NCBI GenBank assembly: GCA_964106915.2
Contig: OZ066915.1
Origin: Podarcis gaigeae
Taxonomy: Eukaryota
Length of the DNA: 64,000 nt
Direction: 5' to 3' (one strand)
Part shown: piece by piece, positions 38,301-53,300 of the stretch
Layout: each line of letters begins with the position of its first letter
Position numbering within the stretch: the stretch's first letter is position 1
Program-made: the position numbers and the translations under genes
Notes under the pieces: generated by a model
Seen by the model: the letters and a program-made list of their open reading frames with translations, nothing else
Databases searched by the model: none
What the model was told of the DNA's origin: nothing

Positions 38301-41300
38301 TGAACATCTGCCTACCTAAGAGGCTGGATTAATTATCTATAATTCACTTAGTGATCATGAAAGAAGACATACTGTTATTATTATCCTTGACTACATGGCA
38401 GTGAATGCAAAGTACACTGCTCCTTATTAAAATCGTTATATTTTTACCCTTTGCTTAATTAACATTTTCTCAGTACGCACAATATCCTTCCAGTTGGGAG
38501 TTCTGCAGGAAGGATAATTACCTGCAAAGGTCACCTGTACAGATTTTAATGGCATCCACTGCAGTACTATGAACATTAAACTTGTTCCTCTTCCTAGTTT
38601 ATTGCATTTTCCAAGCCCAAGTACTGTGGTAAAGTCATCTGCATAGCAGATTCCCAACTGTTCTTTATTACTTGCCTGAACACAGGGGGCAGTCAGAGGA
38701 AACAGCATTATCTAGGTCTGTTCTATCCTCTTCCATCCATGTTCATCTATCATTCTCAGCATGCTTCTAGTGCTCAGTCTATCCTTGTACAACCTTGTTG
38801 TTGTTTCTTTCCTCTGAAAATCATAATCACTTCTAGTATAGGCTTGCCAAGCATAAAGTATATTCTAGAAACTCAACTCTGGACACCCAATGCTTTTATT
38901 AACTGCACCCATATTATATGTTGTGCATAAAGGAATGAAAGCTGGAAGAAGTACAAAAATGGAGAAGCATCTTATGAATCCTACCTTCTCTCTTTCGGCA
39001 ATTAATTCATAAAGCTTCACATCAGAACCTGGGTTCATGAAATCCCCATAGAGAAGGGGCTTATAAGGAACAACTTCCTCAAAGGTGGTATCCCATTCAG
39101 ACATCACGCTCTTCATCAAGTCATCAAACCAAGTTCGGTCCTCCTCATTAACCAGACGGTCACGAAACACACGGCAACTCTCATGATACCACAGCCTCAG
39201 AAGGTCCGCTTTATTCTGGCAAATAATTCCAGTGACAACCTTAAACAACCTTTCATTATTACTCACACAACCCCAAAGAAAGTTATTTCTTGTTCCACAT
39301 TGATTCTTCCCCCTAAGACACTGACCCTACAGTGTGAAAAACAACCCATTCCCAACCAGATTTATAAGAAAATGTTTCTAAACTACCAGAGCAAATCTAA
39401 ACCCCAGATCCGCTGATTGGAGGGGTTTAGAGGACAATGGGTCTCTCCCCATAACACAGACCAGTCTTGCTAGTGGAGGATATGCCGCCATGGAGACCCC
39501 TCCTACGTCTCCAAAAAGCTCTGTGGGTTTGGCTCTGGTGCCGGTAGAGTTTCTGCTACAATTAGTCAGTGTCGGGCTTTGAAATAGAGAGTTCTGGTGC
39601 ACAGAAGGGGTAGCCTTGGATCTGCTAGATCACAGGCCCCTCTGCTCTTCAGAGAGGCCCCAGAATCGGGTCCCTCTCCTATGCCAGTCTAGACCTGTTA
39701 TAACTAATTCTCCTTCCACTGGAATCAAGGAGTGGTTTGTTTCGTTTTTAAAAAATAAAGATCCACTCAAGGAAAGGGGAAAAAAGGAAAGTCTGCCACA
39801 CATCTCCACCCACACCCCACTTAGGATTGCACTGTAAGAATGGCTGGCCAAAACTTGAGGAAACTGGGAGGTGGAGTTCTGCGGATAAATTCATGCACTC
39901 AGATTTTATTGCAAGATATATGAGGGACTCATGGACACCCAAGCTCGATTGTACTGGGTTTGCGGTAAAGCTCTACCATGGATACTGCAGAATAAAGTTC
40001 TCCTGAGGTAGGGGGACTATGAGTGAATGAAAGAGGTGTGATACACTTGCTGCTGCCAACAAGAGAGAAAAAAGCAACCCGAATATTTTGCCCCAGATCC
40101 CCACAATCAGGCCTAGATTATGCCTTATTACTTGCACTTAGTGCAGTGGTATGCGATGCACACAACAAAGGGATAACTATTTGGTGTGTCATTTTATCGA
40201 GAAATAATATGCAATTTCCAGCAACTAAAATTCCTGTCACAGAGCAGATATTGTGAAGGGAGCACTTACCATAATTTTGGCAGGTTCTGCCATGAGCATG
40301 CCCTGGAAAACCTTGGACAGATCCCTCAAATTAAACGTATAGTGAGATTTTGCTGGAGTAGGCAACAGTTGGGATGTGATAGTGGAATACACTCGTATAG
40401 TTGCATCAACAAGGGGTTCGCTTAAGTCCTGCACCTGTGGGCATCCAGCTAAAAAACCCAAAAGATGGTCAGCATTGCAGTGGGGGCTTTTCAGGAAAGG
40501 AAGAACCATGAGTGATCACATAGAAATAGGGCAGGCTAGCTTGAGACATAGTGAGATTTACCAATGACTTTATCTCACAGAAGATGTTTCCCATCCTCCC
40601 AATCTATATTACTGCCTAATGTGCAGTTGTAGTACAACCACACAACTTATTCATTAAGATTTTTTATACTGCCTCCCACATCAGTCTCAAGGTGGTATAC
40701 TAAAATTAAATCATAGTACAATTAAAATGCAGCTAATAACTTAAACAGAATTCTAACAATGGCTTGTACAACATGATTCATACAACATGGTAAGCCAGAC
40801 TCTGGCAGGCCCCCAGAAAGCAGCTCATAGCCACTTTTCTCCTCCCCAACCCTTTTTTGCTCTTGTGCTGTGCTGAGTGAAGCAAATGTGCGGCTTAGTG
40901 TGCCATCTGAACTGGAACTCATGGTTAAGTTCTTTCCTCACTAAACGTGAGGTTTGTTCTTGGAATGGTTGCAGTTGCAGTTTGCATATGAGCCAGACCT
41001 GGTCAAAGGCACTGCAGCCACCCAGGCTTCCAGTGACTGAGACATCTCCTGGAGTACCAGCAGACTGCACACCTGCTCCTTTGTGGGGAATGGGACCCCA
41101 CACAGGACAAGCATACTATCCAATTCCTGAACCTGGGAACCACCAACCCGCAGGACTTTGATCTTGTCAAGATTCAAATTCAGCTTAACCCCAGATTTGT
41201 TCTTGCACTGTTAAGAATTCTGCATACATTATCCCCATATCAAAAACTCAAGTTTTCTAACTAGAGAAACTGGCACCTGCTGAGCGAGAATTGTTTAAAC

Positions 41301-44300
41301 TAGATTAGAAAAAATACAGAAGGGTCTGTTTCCATTACTCTTACTTTGAGGTTATGTGTGGTTGCCTTTTCTCCATAATGTGGCTGCCAGGGAGCTATCT
41401 TGTGAGATACATGCATGTATAATCAGTTGGGAGGCTGTAGCACAAACAAATGGGTATTGTCCACAAGTCACATGGTTCCTGCAGGGAACTCTGGTCCAAC
41501 ACTAGTGTACAGACAGGACATGTGCCTGCAGCATAAAGTATGGAGCTCCCTTAGGTAAGCCAAAAATTGGCATACTTAAGCTTATCCATGTTATTGTGTT
41601 TGAAGAAATGGGCATCCATCTGCTGAAGCAAAGACCACTCTCCTAATGCTTTTGGTCCAAAATCTTCTATCATCACCATCAAGCAAATGACTTATTTCCC
41701 CAAGCCTTACATAAGACAATTGATTAACTTGTGCTCAGGTTACTTACGAACTGGCTCTCTGTAACATACTTCTCCTAGACGTCCAGCTAAAATAATCAAG
41801 AAAGAAAAATGGTGTCACATTCCACTATCAAACATTTCCTCAGTCACATGGCATATGAGAGCTGTATAAAAAAGGGGGGGATGTATTTTCATAACTCACC
41901 CATCCAATTGTCTAGAATGGTAGAAAAGATTTTCTTCTTGCTGCTATCCTCCAGTTCAGTGAAAGATAGATAGTTGAAATGGCGGGTGAGGCGTGGGCTG
42001 ATTGCATTTCTTCCTCCACCCGGCGGTCCCATGGCACCAACAAAGTTAATATCTACTAATTTCTTAAAGGTACCTGACAAAATATTCCACAGAAAAATGA
42101 GAGAAGGTATGAATGCCAAGACTCCAGTGGGGGGAAAGCTGTATGTGCACCAGAGGCAGGTTACTTCAGAACTAGCCTGGCTGGCCTGGAACAGAAAGTA
42201 TTTGTGTATAGAATAATTAGGTAAATTAAGTAAAGAAAGTATGTCATACCAATTTGTTTCCTATCGTACCAGCCATTATGATCCATCCATTGCCGAAGAA
42301 GCTCAATAGGTGGCTGGGCACCATAGGTCTCTAGCGCAGGCATGTTCAGGTCATCAATAAAAAATATGAAGTATCTGCCAAGTGGAGGACCAAAAACTCC
42401 CTTGCGCCTATATAGAACCAGACAAGAATAAAAACTACATCACAGTGGAACACATGATGAAAATACTGCAGTCAAGGTACAATTTGGGAAAAGGCTGCTG
42501 AAGAGACTATACATTTAACATGATGAGCCTGTCGATTAGTTGGTGAATCCATGTATAATCCGTTAATGCTGACAGGAAAAGTATTAATCTCTCAAGTGTA
42601 GAATATGCTCCTCAGTGCTGATCTCGACTCTTGCATATCAAGATCAGCAAACAGGGACCTCTTGGTAGTTCCATCACCCTCAGATGTTTGTGGGGCTGGA
42701 GCCCAGGAAAGGGGGCGTTGTTTATGGCAGCCCTAATTCCCTCCTGGCACCTACGCTATTGATGCTTGCAATATATATTTTTAGGATTCACCCTATTCCT
42801 AGAACTGTAATTTGTTTTAAACTGTTGTTAATATTGGATTTTTAAATTACTGTAACCTGCCCAGGAACCTTATGGTGAAGGGTGGGCAAGACATTGTAAC
42901 AGCAGCAGCAATCATAGCAAAAAGAAACACAAGAGTTTTGCTGTATGTATACCACGTATACACATACCTCCCCACTATGGCTCAGTTAGTTAGAGCATGG
43001 TGCTGACAACACCAAGGCCACAGGTTCAATCCGTTTTGGACAGCTGCATATTCTTGCATAGATGATCCTCAGGGTCCCTTCCAACTCTACAATTCTATGA
43101 ATTATTTCCATGAATACTATCTCCACTATGAGAAGCAATGTGCATCTGAATGGCAGTTTCTAGGTACCACAAGTTTGGAGAGTGCGGTTGCACCCAGCTC
43201 CTGCTTGAAGGCTTCCCATAGGCATATGGTTGGCCACCTTGAGAAGAGGATGATGGACTAGATGGGCCTTTGCTGAGCCACCGGGGCTTCTCATCTTGTG
43301 CTCTTATGAACTTTCTGCTAAAGGTCACTAGATAATCAATGTTGAATAACATAAATAAAACACAGTATGGCCGCAAATCTAAATAGATATGAATAAAACC
43401 ACCAAGTTCAAGGGGCGACTCAATGAACAACCCAGTGTTTTCCATTCAGGCTATGTGATTGTTTACTAATGGTAATATCAAAATATCCAGTGACTCAGAA
43501 ATAAGTAGGAATCCCCAGGGCCAGAGCATTCAACCAGCGTTTATCCAATGCCTGTTTGCCCACTGAACTGACCCTATGGGAGTGTTGATCAGCCAGACGT
43601 TTCTGCTATCACTCCCAGGATGGGGAAATAGCTATACTTTGATTTTAAATAATTTACATTTTTATGCTTAAATTTCTTTAGCAAATTTGGACAGGATTGC
43701 TAATAAATGCTAAAAAGCAAATAAAATAAATATGAACAAAGTGGTATATAAGCAGCAGAAATATTGCAACAAAGAATTTTGCCTTTTATCCAGTTTGCTG
43801 TCAATGAGATCTTGAGTCTGGTTGGCTGAGGTTCGAGCAGAGAACATAAGAAAATGGCTGATAAATTCTAGTGGCAGGTTCTTCAGAAGCTCATCTGCTA
43901 TTGTGAGGGTCTTTCCAGTTCCTGTGGGTCCAATACAAAGAATCTACAATTTGGAAGAGAGAAAAACTGTCACTATTGGGGAATGTGTGTAGACTGTAAT
44001 CACACCTTCACAGACTCATTTGCCAATTAGTAGTGTTTTTGACAGTCCATTGTGACTCTATAGTGCTTTTAAAACTGTGTCTTTGAGATTCTTTTGTTTA
44101 TTGCTGCAGTAGAACAGTTCTCAAAAATTGCTGGGGGTTTCACTGAATGACTTAACAGCCTTTTTTTGTTCTGCAAATCGAAGCAGAACAAAATCAAATA
44201 TACTAACTCATATTTTAATAACATTCTTCTGCATAGTGATCATTGTAAAAAACAGCACTTTGTGGAAACTATGGACCCTAGGCTAAGCTGTTTAGAGGTC

Positions 44301-47300
44301 TGCATAAACATTAAGTAGATTATACCAAAGGCATATTATGAAGAGCAGAGGCCCTAGACCAGGACCTTGTTGGCTGTTTAATAATCCAGCCTTAGTCAGA
44401 AAAACTAATAATCAAGTACAGGGCCATGTACAGATATTTTCTTCCACAATCTTTTCGTGAGACTGCCTGAATAAAGCTGAATGGCATTTGAGAACCTCTT
44501 CTGTAATAGATCAAACTAATAAATGAATTAATGAATGCAGAAGCGGAGGCAAATAAAAGTCTACTGAGTAGCCGTTTGGGGGGACATTTTGAGCAAAGAA
44601 CTAATGCTGGCTTGACTGAGCAACAGAATATTTGCCTTTCTACAATGCTAACTTAACTTCACTTGAAATTCAGGAAACTTACTGGTTTGTGGTTTGTGAG
44701 CAAGAGCTCCAGCAGAAAAGCCATCTGGACAGTGTTCATTGTGGGAACAATAATGTCACAAAAGCTGGTGTCAGGCACCATGGTAAATGATGAAGAGAAA
44801 TCCATCCAATTCTCCCAGCACACCTAAGAGACACAGGTACATTTGATGGGAAGGACAGATAGAGGCTTAAAACATCCTGTAATTAGTTTCTTAAATACAT
44901 CCGAGCCAATATAGAAACTGAATACAGGATTAAGTTTGCAAAAAACCTCAGTAGAATCTTGGAGAAAATTTACAGTAATGTTCCAGAGATTCCAGTAAGT
45001 CTACTTCCCTTTACCAGTTCAATGTTAACCATGACAAAGTCTCACTGAAACTACATCTGGGATTATCCCCTCCCCCAACCACCATTTTCCTAAATGCCAA
45101 AAGAGAGTTAGACTTAAGGAACAGAGGCAGGCGAGGATTTCAATGCTGAGGGGTAGGAGTTGCTTAAAGGTGCTTACTCTGGTGGCAATGGCATAAGGAC
45201 TTTTCTCTTTACTTTAAAAATGATGCTCAGAATTATTTAATATTTGTTTCACTGCTGTTACAATACAAAATGTGCAAGATTGTACTATATTTATTCTATT
45301 CTTGCATTAAAATTAAGATTCTTTTGGACGGTGAAGTCAATTATTAAAACAAAACTGGAGTATCAAAATTTAATAATGTTACTATGCTTGATGTGTATGC
45401 TGTGTTGTATGGTTATAAAATAATTAATAGAAATAAAAAAAATAGAAATGATGCTAGTGTTGTGACAAGATGCATTTAATGGGGGTGGGGGAGAGGACAA
45501 GAAAAAGAGTAGGTTACCCTTAAGCCCTTAAGGTAAAGGGACCCCTGACGATTAGGTCCAGTCGTGGCCGACTGTGGGGTTGCGGCGTTCATCTTGCTTT
45601 ATTGGCCGAGGGAGCCGGCATCCAGCTTCCGGGTCATGTGGCCAGCATGACTAAGCCGCTTCTGGCGAACCAGAGCAGTGCATGGAAACGCCATTTACCT
45701 TCCCGCCTTACCTTCCCGTTTACCTTCCCTATTTGCACTTTGACGTGCTTTCGAACTGCTAGGTCGGCGGGAGCAGGGACCGAGCAACGGGAGCTCACCC
45801 CAATGCAGGGATTCGAACCGCCGACCTTCTGATCGGCAAGTCCTAGGCTCTATGGTTTAACCCACAGCGCCACCCTTATCCCCCTCTAAATTGTCTAAAT
45901 CATTTTGCCAACCCTCCACCCACAAACAGTCAGAATGCTCTCTCTCATTTGCCTCCTGCAAAAGAAAAAAGGGGGTGGGGAGGAAAAATAACACTAGCTC
46001 CATCCTTAGAGCATGAGACTCTTAATCTCAGGGTTGTGGGTTTGAGACCCACGTTGGGGCAAAATATTCCTGCATTGCAGGGGGGTGGACTAGATGACCC
46101 TTGTGGTTCCTTCCAACTCTACAGTTCTATGATTCTATAGAGTGAGGAGGGCTGCAGGCCCAAGAAGATTAGTCCTGGTCCTGCTAATATCCTTGGTGGC
46201 AACACCCCTCCAACATCTGTACATTTGGTTACTGTGTACATCTATGCATGCACTGATGTAACAGATAAAGCTCCCTCATTCAAGTGGGGGATCAAAGTTT
46301 AGCTCATGTGGCCCCTCCTGCATGTTTTTAAGGGGTGGGATATCTGAATCCCCTGATGAGAATTCATTTACCATGTTAACAAACTCTTCATCTTCTTCTT
46401 CCTCAATGCTGCTAATTCCAGCATCGTTCAGTTTATAGTCATAGACCAAGCCATTTTCTGGGAACAATAATTCAATCTGTGGGAAGAAAACAGGCAGTTA
46501 ACATCACAGCTAGCTTTACTTCAGAAGAGACTAATATAAAGAATGTAGTGTGTGGAAACAACTTCAGAGTGATTCCATCCTGTTTATTTAGTTAAAGCTG
46601 CTATATTTTCCAGTATCTCCCAAAAGAGTGATTCAGAAGCAAGGCAGGCAGTGTTAATCTGTGAGACAGCAGAAACAAGGAACTCACACAAATTCTGGAA
46701 ATACAGGAGCCCCTTAGCTGCCTTTAGGAACAGATGCCATTTCCATCAACTTACCTTCTCGTCTGCCATCTTGTTCCTTAACCAAACACTGAAGGCCACA
46801 CGGCTTTGGGCATCCCCAGTCGCACCCACACTCCAGAGCAAAGCAAATATGAACCACGGTTCAATCAGTTCACCAATACGGGCTGTTTTCTCTGGAGGAA
46901 TTCTTTTCATTCCCTGAAGATTCAATTAGCAGTACAAACGAAGCAGAACAAGTTAATTAGCGACAAAGTAAAACCTTAGATTATCTGCAAAATCTCTCTA
47001 AATTCCCTACATGTATTTTGGATGCCTTTTCTGAAAGTAGCTCCAGTCTCTATGGACAAAGAAATCTATTGTAACCCAGTCGGTGCATGATGTCCCTGAT
47101 GAACAAATTCATTCCAACTGTCACAGCATTAACCCCAAAGTGGTTTAGCATCTAGGCTTTACTTATCAGACCCTATCAAAGAGATATTCACAAATGATAA
47201 CACAGTAAACAATATCAAAGCTTAAGTACATTTCTGTCTGCTAATTCATCTGTTTGTTATCAATAAATGTAGAACTTATTTCTGCGTCCATCTGTTCAAT

Positions 47301-50300
47301 TGGACCCAGTTGTCCATTCTATTGACCCTGAGCACCAACAGCTACACCAGCCCTACCTCAACAGGAATGAAGGGTTGAAAGAAACAGTCCAACAACTTGA
47401 GAAGACTCATTGTCAGGTTAGCATCTGTAGAGGCAATTATTTCCTTCACTGAACTTCGGACAAATCTGATAGAGTCCTGAAAGGGTTCAGAAGATCAAGA
47501 GTTAAATGTTGTCATATAATTATGCTTTTCCAGCCTTTTTTCCTCTGATGGAACTCAAGGCGGCTTACAAATAAAAACTAGAATCAATAAAAACACAGAA
47601 AAACCAATCATTAAAATTCAGCGAAGTTGTGTGCACAGAATGAGGTCCATTCACACAATGGGACTCTCCTCCCCCAGAATGTTCCCTGCACCCCTAATTC
47701 TGCTCTGGAGGGTTGGGAGAAAACCCACACAGGTTTACATGAAGACAGCGCTGAAAGTCTTATTGCACAAGTGGACATTTTTCAATGAACGTATATGCCC
47801 CACTTAGTTCTATACTGAATTTCTCCCATTCTGCAAGGGCACACTTGATATGGCAAGGCTGGGGATTCAAAACTATATGTACTTCTGAGGCAACACCATA
47901 TAGGAAGGAAAAGCACCAGTTTGGCCATTGAGCGAAGACTGTTATTAGTCTTAACCTGTTGATTGTTAATATGGAGGAAAAAGTGACCAGGAGACATGAA
48001 AATGAGCTAACCACCCAATGCCATTTTAACAAATCACTTCACAAAGTAATGAAAGCAAGAGCCACAAAAACCTAAAGTGAGAAAATGCCATTAAAAAAAC
48101 AAACCACCATGAATACACAACTGTAAAATCTTAAAAGTAATCCGGTTGCTAAACTTGGAAGCAAAAGAGACAGGGCTCAATTCACAGAGAACTTTCCCAC
48201 TGCAAGCCAATTAACAATAAATTGGCATTTTGGAAGATTATAGCTCTTGTACCGCACAGGTGAAGTTCCTGTCATCTAATAAACTGTGTTCACCAGCTGC
48301 CCCAAAACTAATAAAGGCAAACTTGATAGGTTCATATCCCCTTGTTTGGCTAAAGGCTAGGCTGACTTACAGATTCTACACTGAATCAAAATATAGGAAT
48401 ATTGTAATGGTTCACCTCTAGGAATCTGCTGAAAAGCGAGTCAAGGGCTTCAGTGAATGGCTTCATAATGTCTGGGATTCTCTTCAGCCAGCACTCAGTG
48501 AAGGGCTGTAATCCCAAAATGCTGGGTTCCAGGTATACCATGCCACACCGGGAAACAGTGGCAGGGGAAGCAACAGCTAAATCTTGCACTTCAAACATCA
48601 TAGTCATTGCCTGGAAATGAGAGGAAAGGAGCAAAACTGTTTCCCACAGCTTTTCACAAAAGGTACATAGCGTGGAGGGAATCCTAAAACTCCAATCCCT
48701 CATTAAGTGGGATTATGTATTAGTGAAATCACAGTGCTGGTCAGCAGTATCCAGCATAAATACTAGAATTGTGTCTAAGTATAGTAAATGTCTACATTTC
48801 AACCACATATTCCTCTTTCTCAGAGAAAAGCAGACTATACATTTACAAATGATTGTGTGTGTGTGTAGATACCAGGAAACGAAAAGGAGGAAAGAGAAAG
48901 CTACCTCTGTTAGCTTAATGATTTCACCAGAGCTGAGACACAACTTCTTGTTATCATCCAGCACAGTGTTCATATTTTCAATCCAAACAGCATCAACTGG
49001 ACCATCAAACATGTACCATTTCTTGTTATGATCAGTAGCTATGGCTCCCACTCGGATAAGAGCAGGAAGAATCCCATCTGTCCTATGAGGTGGGGAGGAG
49101 ATATACAGGAGTCAACCAAATAGTTGCACACTTCCATCTAGCAGTGTCCAGTATAATTTATGACAGCATCACATCTGTGAACCCAAACTTCTCTCTCCAC
49201 ATCGCCTCCTCTATTTTGTTCTAAATAAGTATGCAGGCTTCTGCTGTTTTGAAGATCATAAAGCAGAATCTGCTTTTTTTAAAAAAAAGTTTCCCATTTG
49301 ATTATTTTGATCAGAGCAAATGAAGTGTCAATGCATGTAATTATTCATTGCCAGAAATGCAAAGGCATCAATTGCTTCTGGATGTAGCTCAAATGTTTTA
49401 TCTCTGGAGGCAGTCCAACATTTTATCTCTATCAATCAATAATTGTTGTCATCAGTGTAAAACTGCTATAATTATTGCTCATTTTTGTTATCCATACACT
49501 TAGTATATGCATGGTCTTCTTTTTACAAGATCAAAAGAAAATAAAACCCTCAGAGGCCCAGCTGGAAAGAACACTGAGCAAAAACAGTATTGTAAATAAG
49601 TCACCACACTTAACCATAATATGCTATGGGACAGGTTTCATAAATATGCACTTCAGCCCAAGTCCACAAAACATTTACTTGGCATACATACGTACAGTAT
49701 TGATGTATGTACTTGACATAGCCAACAGAAAAACAGTATTATAGTGGAGTTTTTCCACGGGCTGTGTTTTTATAGCAATCTTTATTACTTCACTCCTGAA
49801 GATGGATATGTGATTGTAGTGATCCATAGAACCAGTCTCCAGCAGTTCATCTCTAAACCTTTTACTCAGAGTGTGGTGAGATGGCCGAGTTTAAGGGAAG
49901 GGAAGAAAAATCACCTTAAATAGTTCTGCCTTCCTTGTGTAGAGGCCATCAAAATAAAAATGACAACTGCAATGATTAATGAATGAGAGGACACATTTGC
50001 AGATGCAGATGCACGTTTAGTGTCCAGTTCTCATTAGCTTTTAATGCCTTGAATATCTCTTTCATGTTACTTACACAGGCTCATCAGCAAAAACCCAATG
50101 TAGAAAGCTCAAAAGAATGTGCATGAGCCAGCCAGTTATCCATTTAGTGTTATGGTTTTTCTTAGGCCATAGAAAAGTACAATCAAAACATATGGACATT
50201 AGCTAAAGTTATGCCTAACAAAAGAGGGGCTTTCTTAAATTTCAGTTTATACAGAGCTTATAATTCCTAGAAAAGGGACACGAGCAGACCAGAAGCCATC

Positions 50301-53300
50301 TAGAACAGATAAGGACAGTTTTTATCTTTTACCATTCATGAGTCAACAAGTCAAACTCTCCATACAGCTGGCCCATTGTAATAGATTTGGGATTCAATAT
50401 AAAATAATTGACGGCTTCATAGTTTCCACCACTGACTGAAGGCCGACCTTTCAAAGATGTCATTGCAGCTGCCAAAACTTTGTAACACTGAAGACAGAAA
50501 GAGTGCAAGGGAATAAAACATCATGGCATCTATTTGAAGGCTGAAAAGAAAGACAATTCAGACTCACCATGAATTTACAATAATGAAGAATGCAAAGTAG
50601 TAACAAAGGACTTTGCCCAAGGGTTTGACACGATTAAGAAAAGAGGATTATAAAAGACAAGCACTGATCACAAAAACAGAGGAGGGAATGGCCTTCATTC
50701 TTTTGGAAAGTTGATGTAATATCTGCAAACATCGCACTGCAGAAATCCCAGCAAAGCTGTGCAGGCTCAAAGTCACCCATGCTTGCCTTAATGAGGCTCT
50801 TCCAGAGTACACATAAGATCAGTATATCAGTTTTAATCCTAGTGTTCTTATTTCAAAGCTCTTCTCTGCAGGCTGCTACTGTACTTGGCAAGAAGGGATT
50901 TTTCTGTCTCAGAACAGTATCTCAAACCACATTAAGCCAAGCACAAAGGCTGGAAATGCTCCTCCTATGGTGTAAGTGCTGGACAAACCATCTTAGTGTT
51001 ATTTCCCTTTCATCTATTGACAGCAACACCAGGCATCTTCGGAAGTTCTTACCTTAGTTTTTCCTGAGCCTGTGGGCCCCACCAGCATGAGACCATGACG
51101 TACCACAGTAGTTTCATATAGCTGGATACACTTCATCACAAACCCTGGAGGAAAAAGATCCAGAATGGGAATGCCTCACAGTTGCTTTCACAGGCCTGCA
51201 GGTCTATGGATACGAAACTGTGTGGATGCTATAAGCACCCAAAGCACCATTGAAGGCACACACCAGTTTGTTCCTTAGCTATCTTGAGAAATATGTCAGC
51301 ACAACCTACAATGCTACTCTTACTCACTCAATCCTTTCATAGCTATCACACATTTTAGAATCCAGAGAGTGATATAGCATACATGTAAATAAGAGCACAT
51401 TTTCACTTACGGCACACCAACTTTATAATTCTCTTCTTGGCATCAGGTAAAAAACCATTTTATCTGCCTGGTATTTTAGACTGAACTTGGTTTTTATCAG
51501 TGGAATTATTATTTGATCTAATTTTAATGTTCTAAAGCTTTGATCATTTTTATTATTGTTATTTTAAATATTCTTTGCTCCAGGAGCTATTTTAGGTTAA
51601 ACCATGTAGCAGAATGAAAAATAATAATAAATATTAAATATACATTTCAGGTAAATGACATTAAGTTCCAAGTTTACCCTCCTACTTAGATTGCACAATA
51701 TTCTGCCAGAGTGTTAGAAAACAGTTTAAAAAAACACCAAAAAATCTAGATAACAAATGCAATCAGGGGAACAAAATGAGCATAGATTTGGGGTTTGTAC
51801 TTTTCCTGGTAAGAATTTAAAATGTTAAGTGGTATACAGATGCTTTAAAAATAAATAAATGACATTTCTCTCACTGCTGTGAACATTTTGCTTTAAGAAT
51901 TTCTGGGCCTGATCTACTTAATTTCCATTTTTGATGCTCTGAGAGCAACATCAGAGCAAAAGTTAAAAAGGAATGTCCACAGATGGAAAGACAGATGTAT
52001 TTATTGAGGCTGCAATCCTATATCCACTTACTTTGGAGTAAGCTCCACTGAACTTAATGGGATTTAATTCTGAACAGACAAGTAAAGGATTGCTCTGTTA
52101 TTTACTTATTGCATTTGCATCCTGCCTTTCTTCCACACAACTTGAGGTGAAGAACATGGGATTCCCAGATAGGTTCCACCCAGGCACTTAAAAACCCATC
52201 CTCATACAATGATCTGTGAGCTGCAATTGCTGAAGGACAAATTATAATCCACTGCTGTGGTGCCAAATTTCTAAAGTTCACAAGAGACTAATATATAGTT
52301 TTAAGAAAACTCCACAGAGGCAGTGTGTTACTTTTTCACTTACCATCAACATCTTTCAAGTTGTCTTTAAGACAGTATCTGTGAATTGCTTCCTCCAGGA
52401 TGCCATAGTCAATAGGTTCCTCTTTGATCTTGGGAAACAGATCAGAAATTATACCATTGAAAAGCTTCAGGTCATCCTGTAGGAATTTAGGAACATTGAC
52501 ATCCTTGATGGCCCTTAGGCAAATCAGTTCCTGCAAGCAAGAAAAGTATATTAGTAAAGATTCTTCCTCTTTTCTTGGATCTCCATGCCTAGCCTTTAAT
52601 TGCCACACTCTGAAATCTTGATTATTCTACAGAGCTACTAATCTTTGTACTTTGACAGACAGATGATTGCAATTAGGACTGTTCTTTTCAATTGTGTTTA
52701 CTTTTCTTGTTCCAGACATCTTCAGCTAAGATGAAAAAATGTGGTGGTGGTGGAGTTTCACTGAGGTTGCTGAAAGAATGTTATCAACAATCTTAATTTT
52801 TTAATGAAAAAATCTAAATAAGCTAAATAAAAGTTACAAGATCTAGCCCCAAATGGAATTGTTGCACATTTTAATGTACAAATATTTGTAGATTAGATAC
52901 AGACAGAGCAGAACAAAATTTTAAACAAAGTTTAGTCTTAGCACAGCCTTCATCAACATGATGTTCTCCATATGTTTTGGACTAGGGGCTCTATGCCCCT
53001 GCTGGGAAGTTATTCCCAACACTCTGCCCCACCAGATGAGCAACACATGTCCAGAATGTAACCAGAAAAGTGGCTCTTAACTATTCTAGTCATCCTCATG
53101 TAACACTGCATATGGAGCCATTTGAAGTGGGACTACTTGAACTTGCCTCGTCCATTGTTGGATTTTCTCTTTTGAGATTGCCAGCCGCTGAAATGACTGT
53201 CTTCACAGCTCTCATTCCAAAGTCATAGTGATCCTGCAGCAGAGATATGGGAAATGACAATAGTGGAAATAGGAACTGAAATGGAATGGCAAGCATCTAA

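Noticed and set aside
45995-46070. tRNA-Lys-like sequence (also tRNA-like heads at about 42975 and in the Sauria SINEs)
   Set aside because: Degenerate stems run straight into LINE-derived tails, so these are SINE heads, not tRNA genes.
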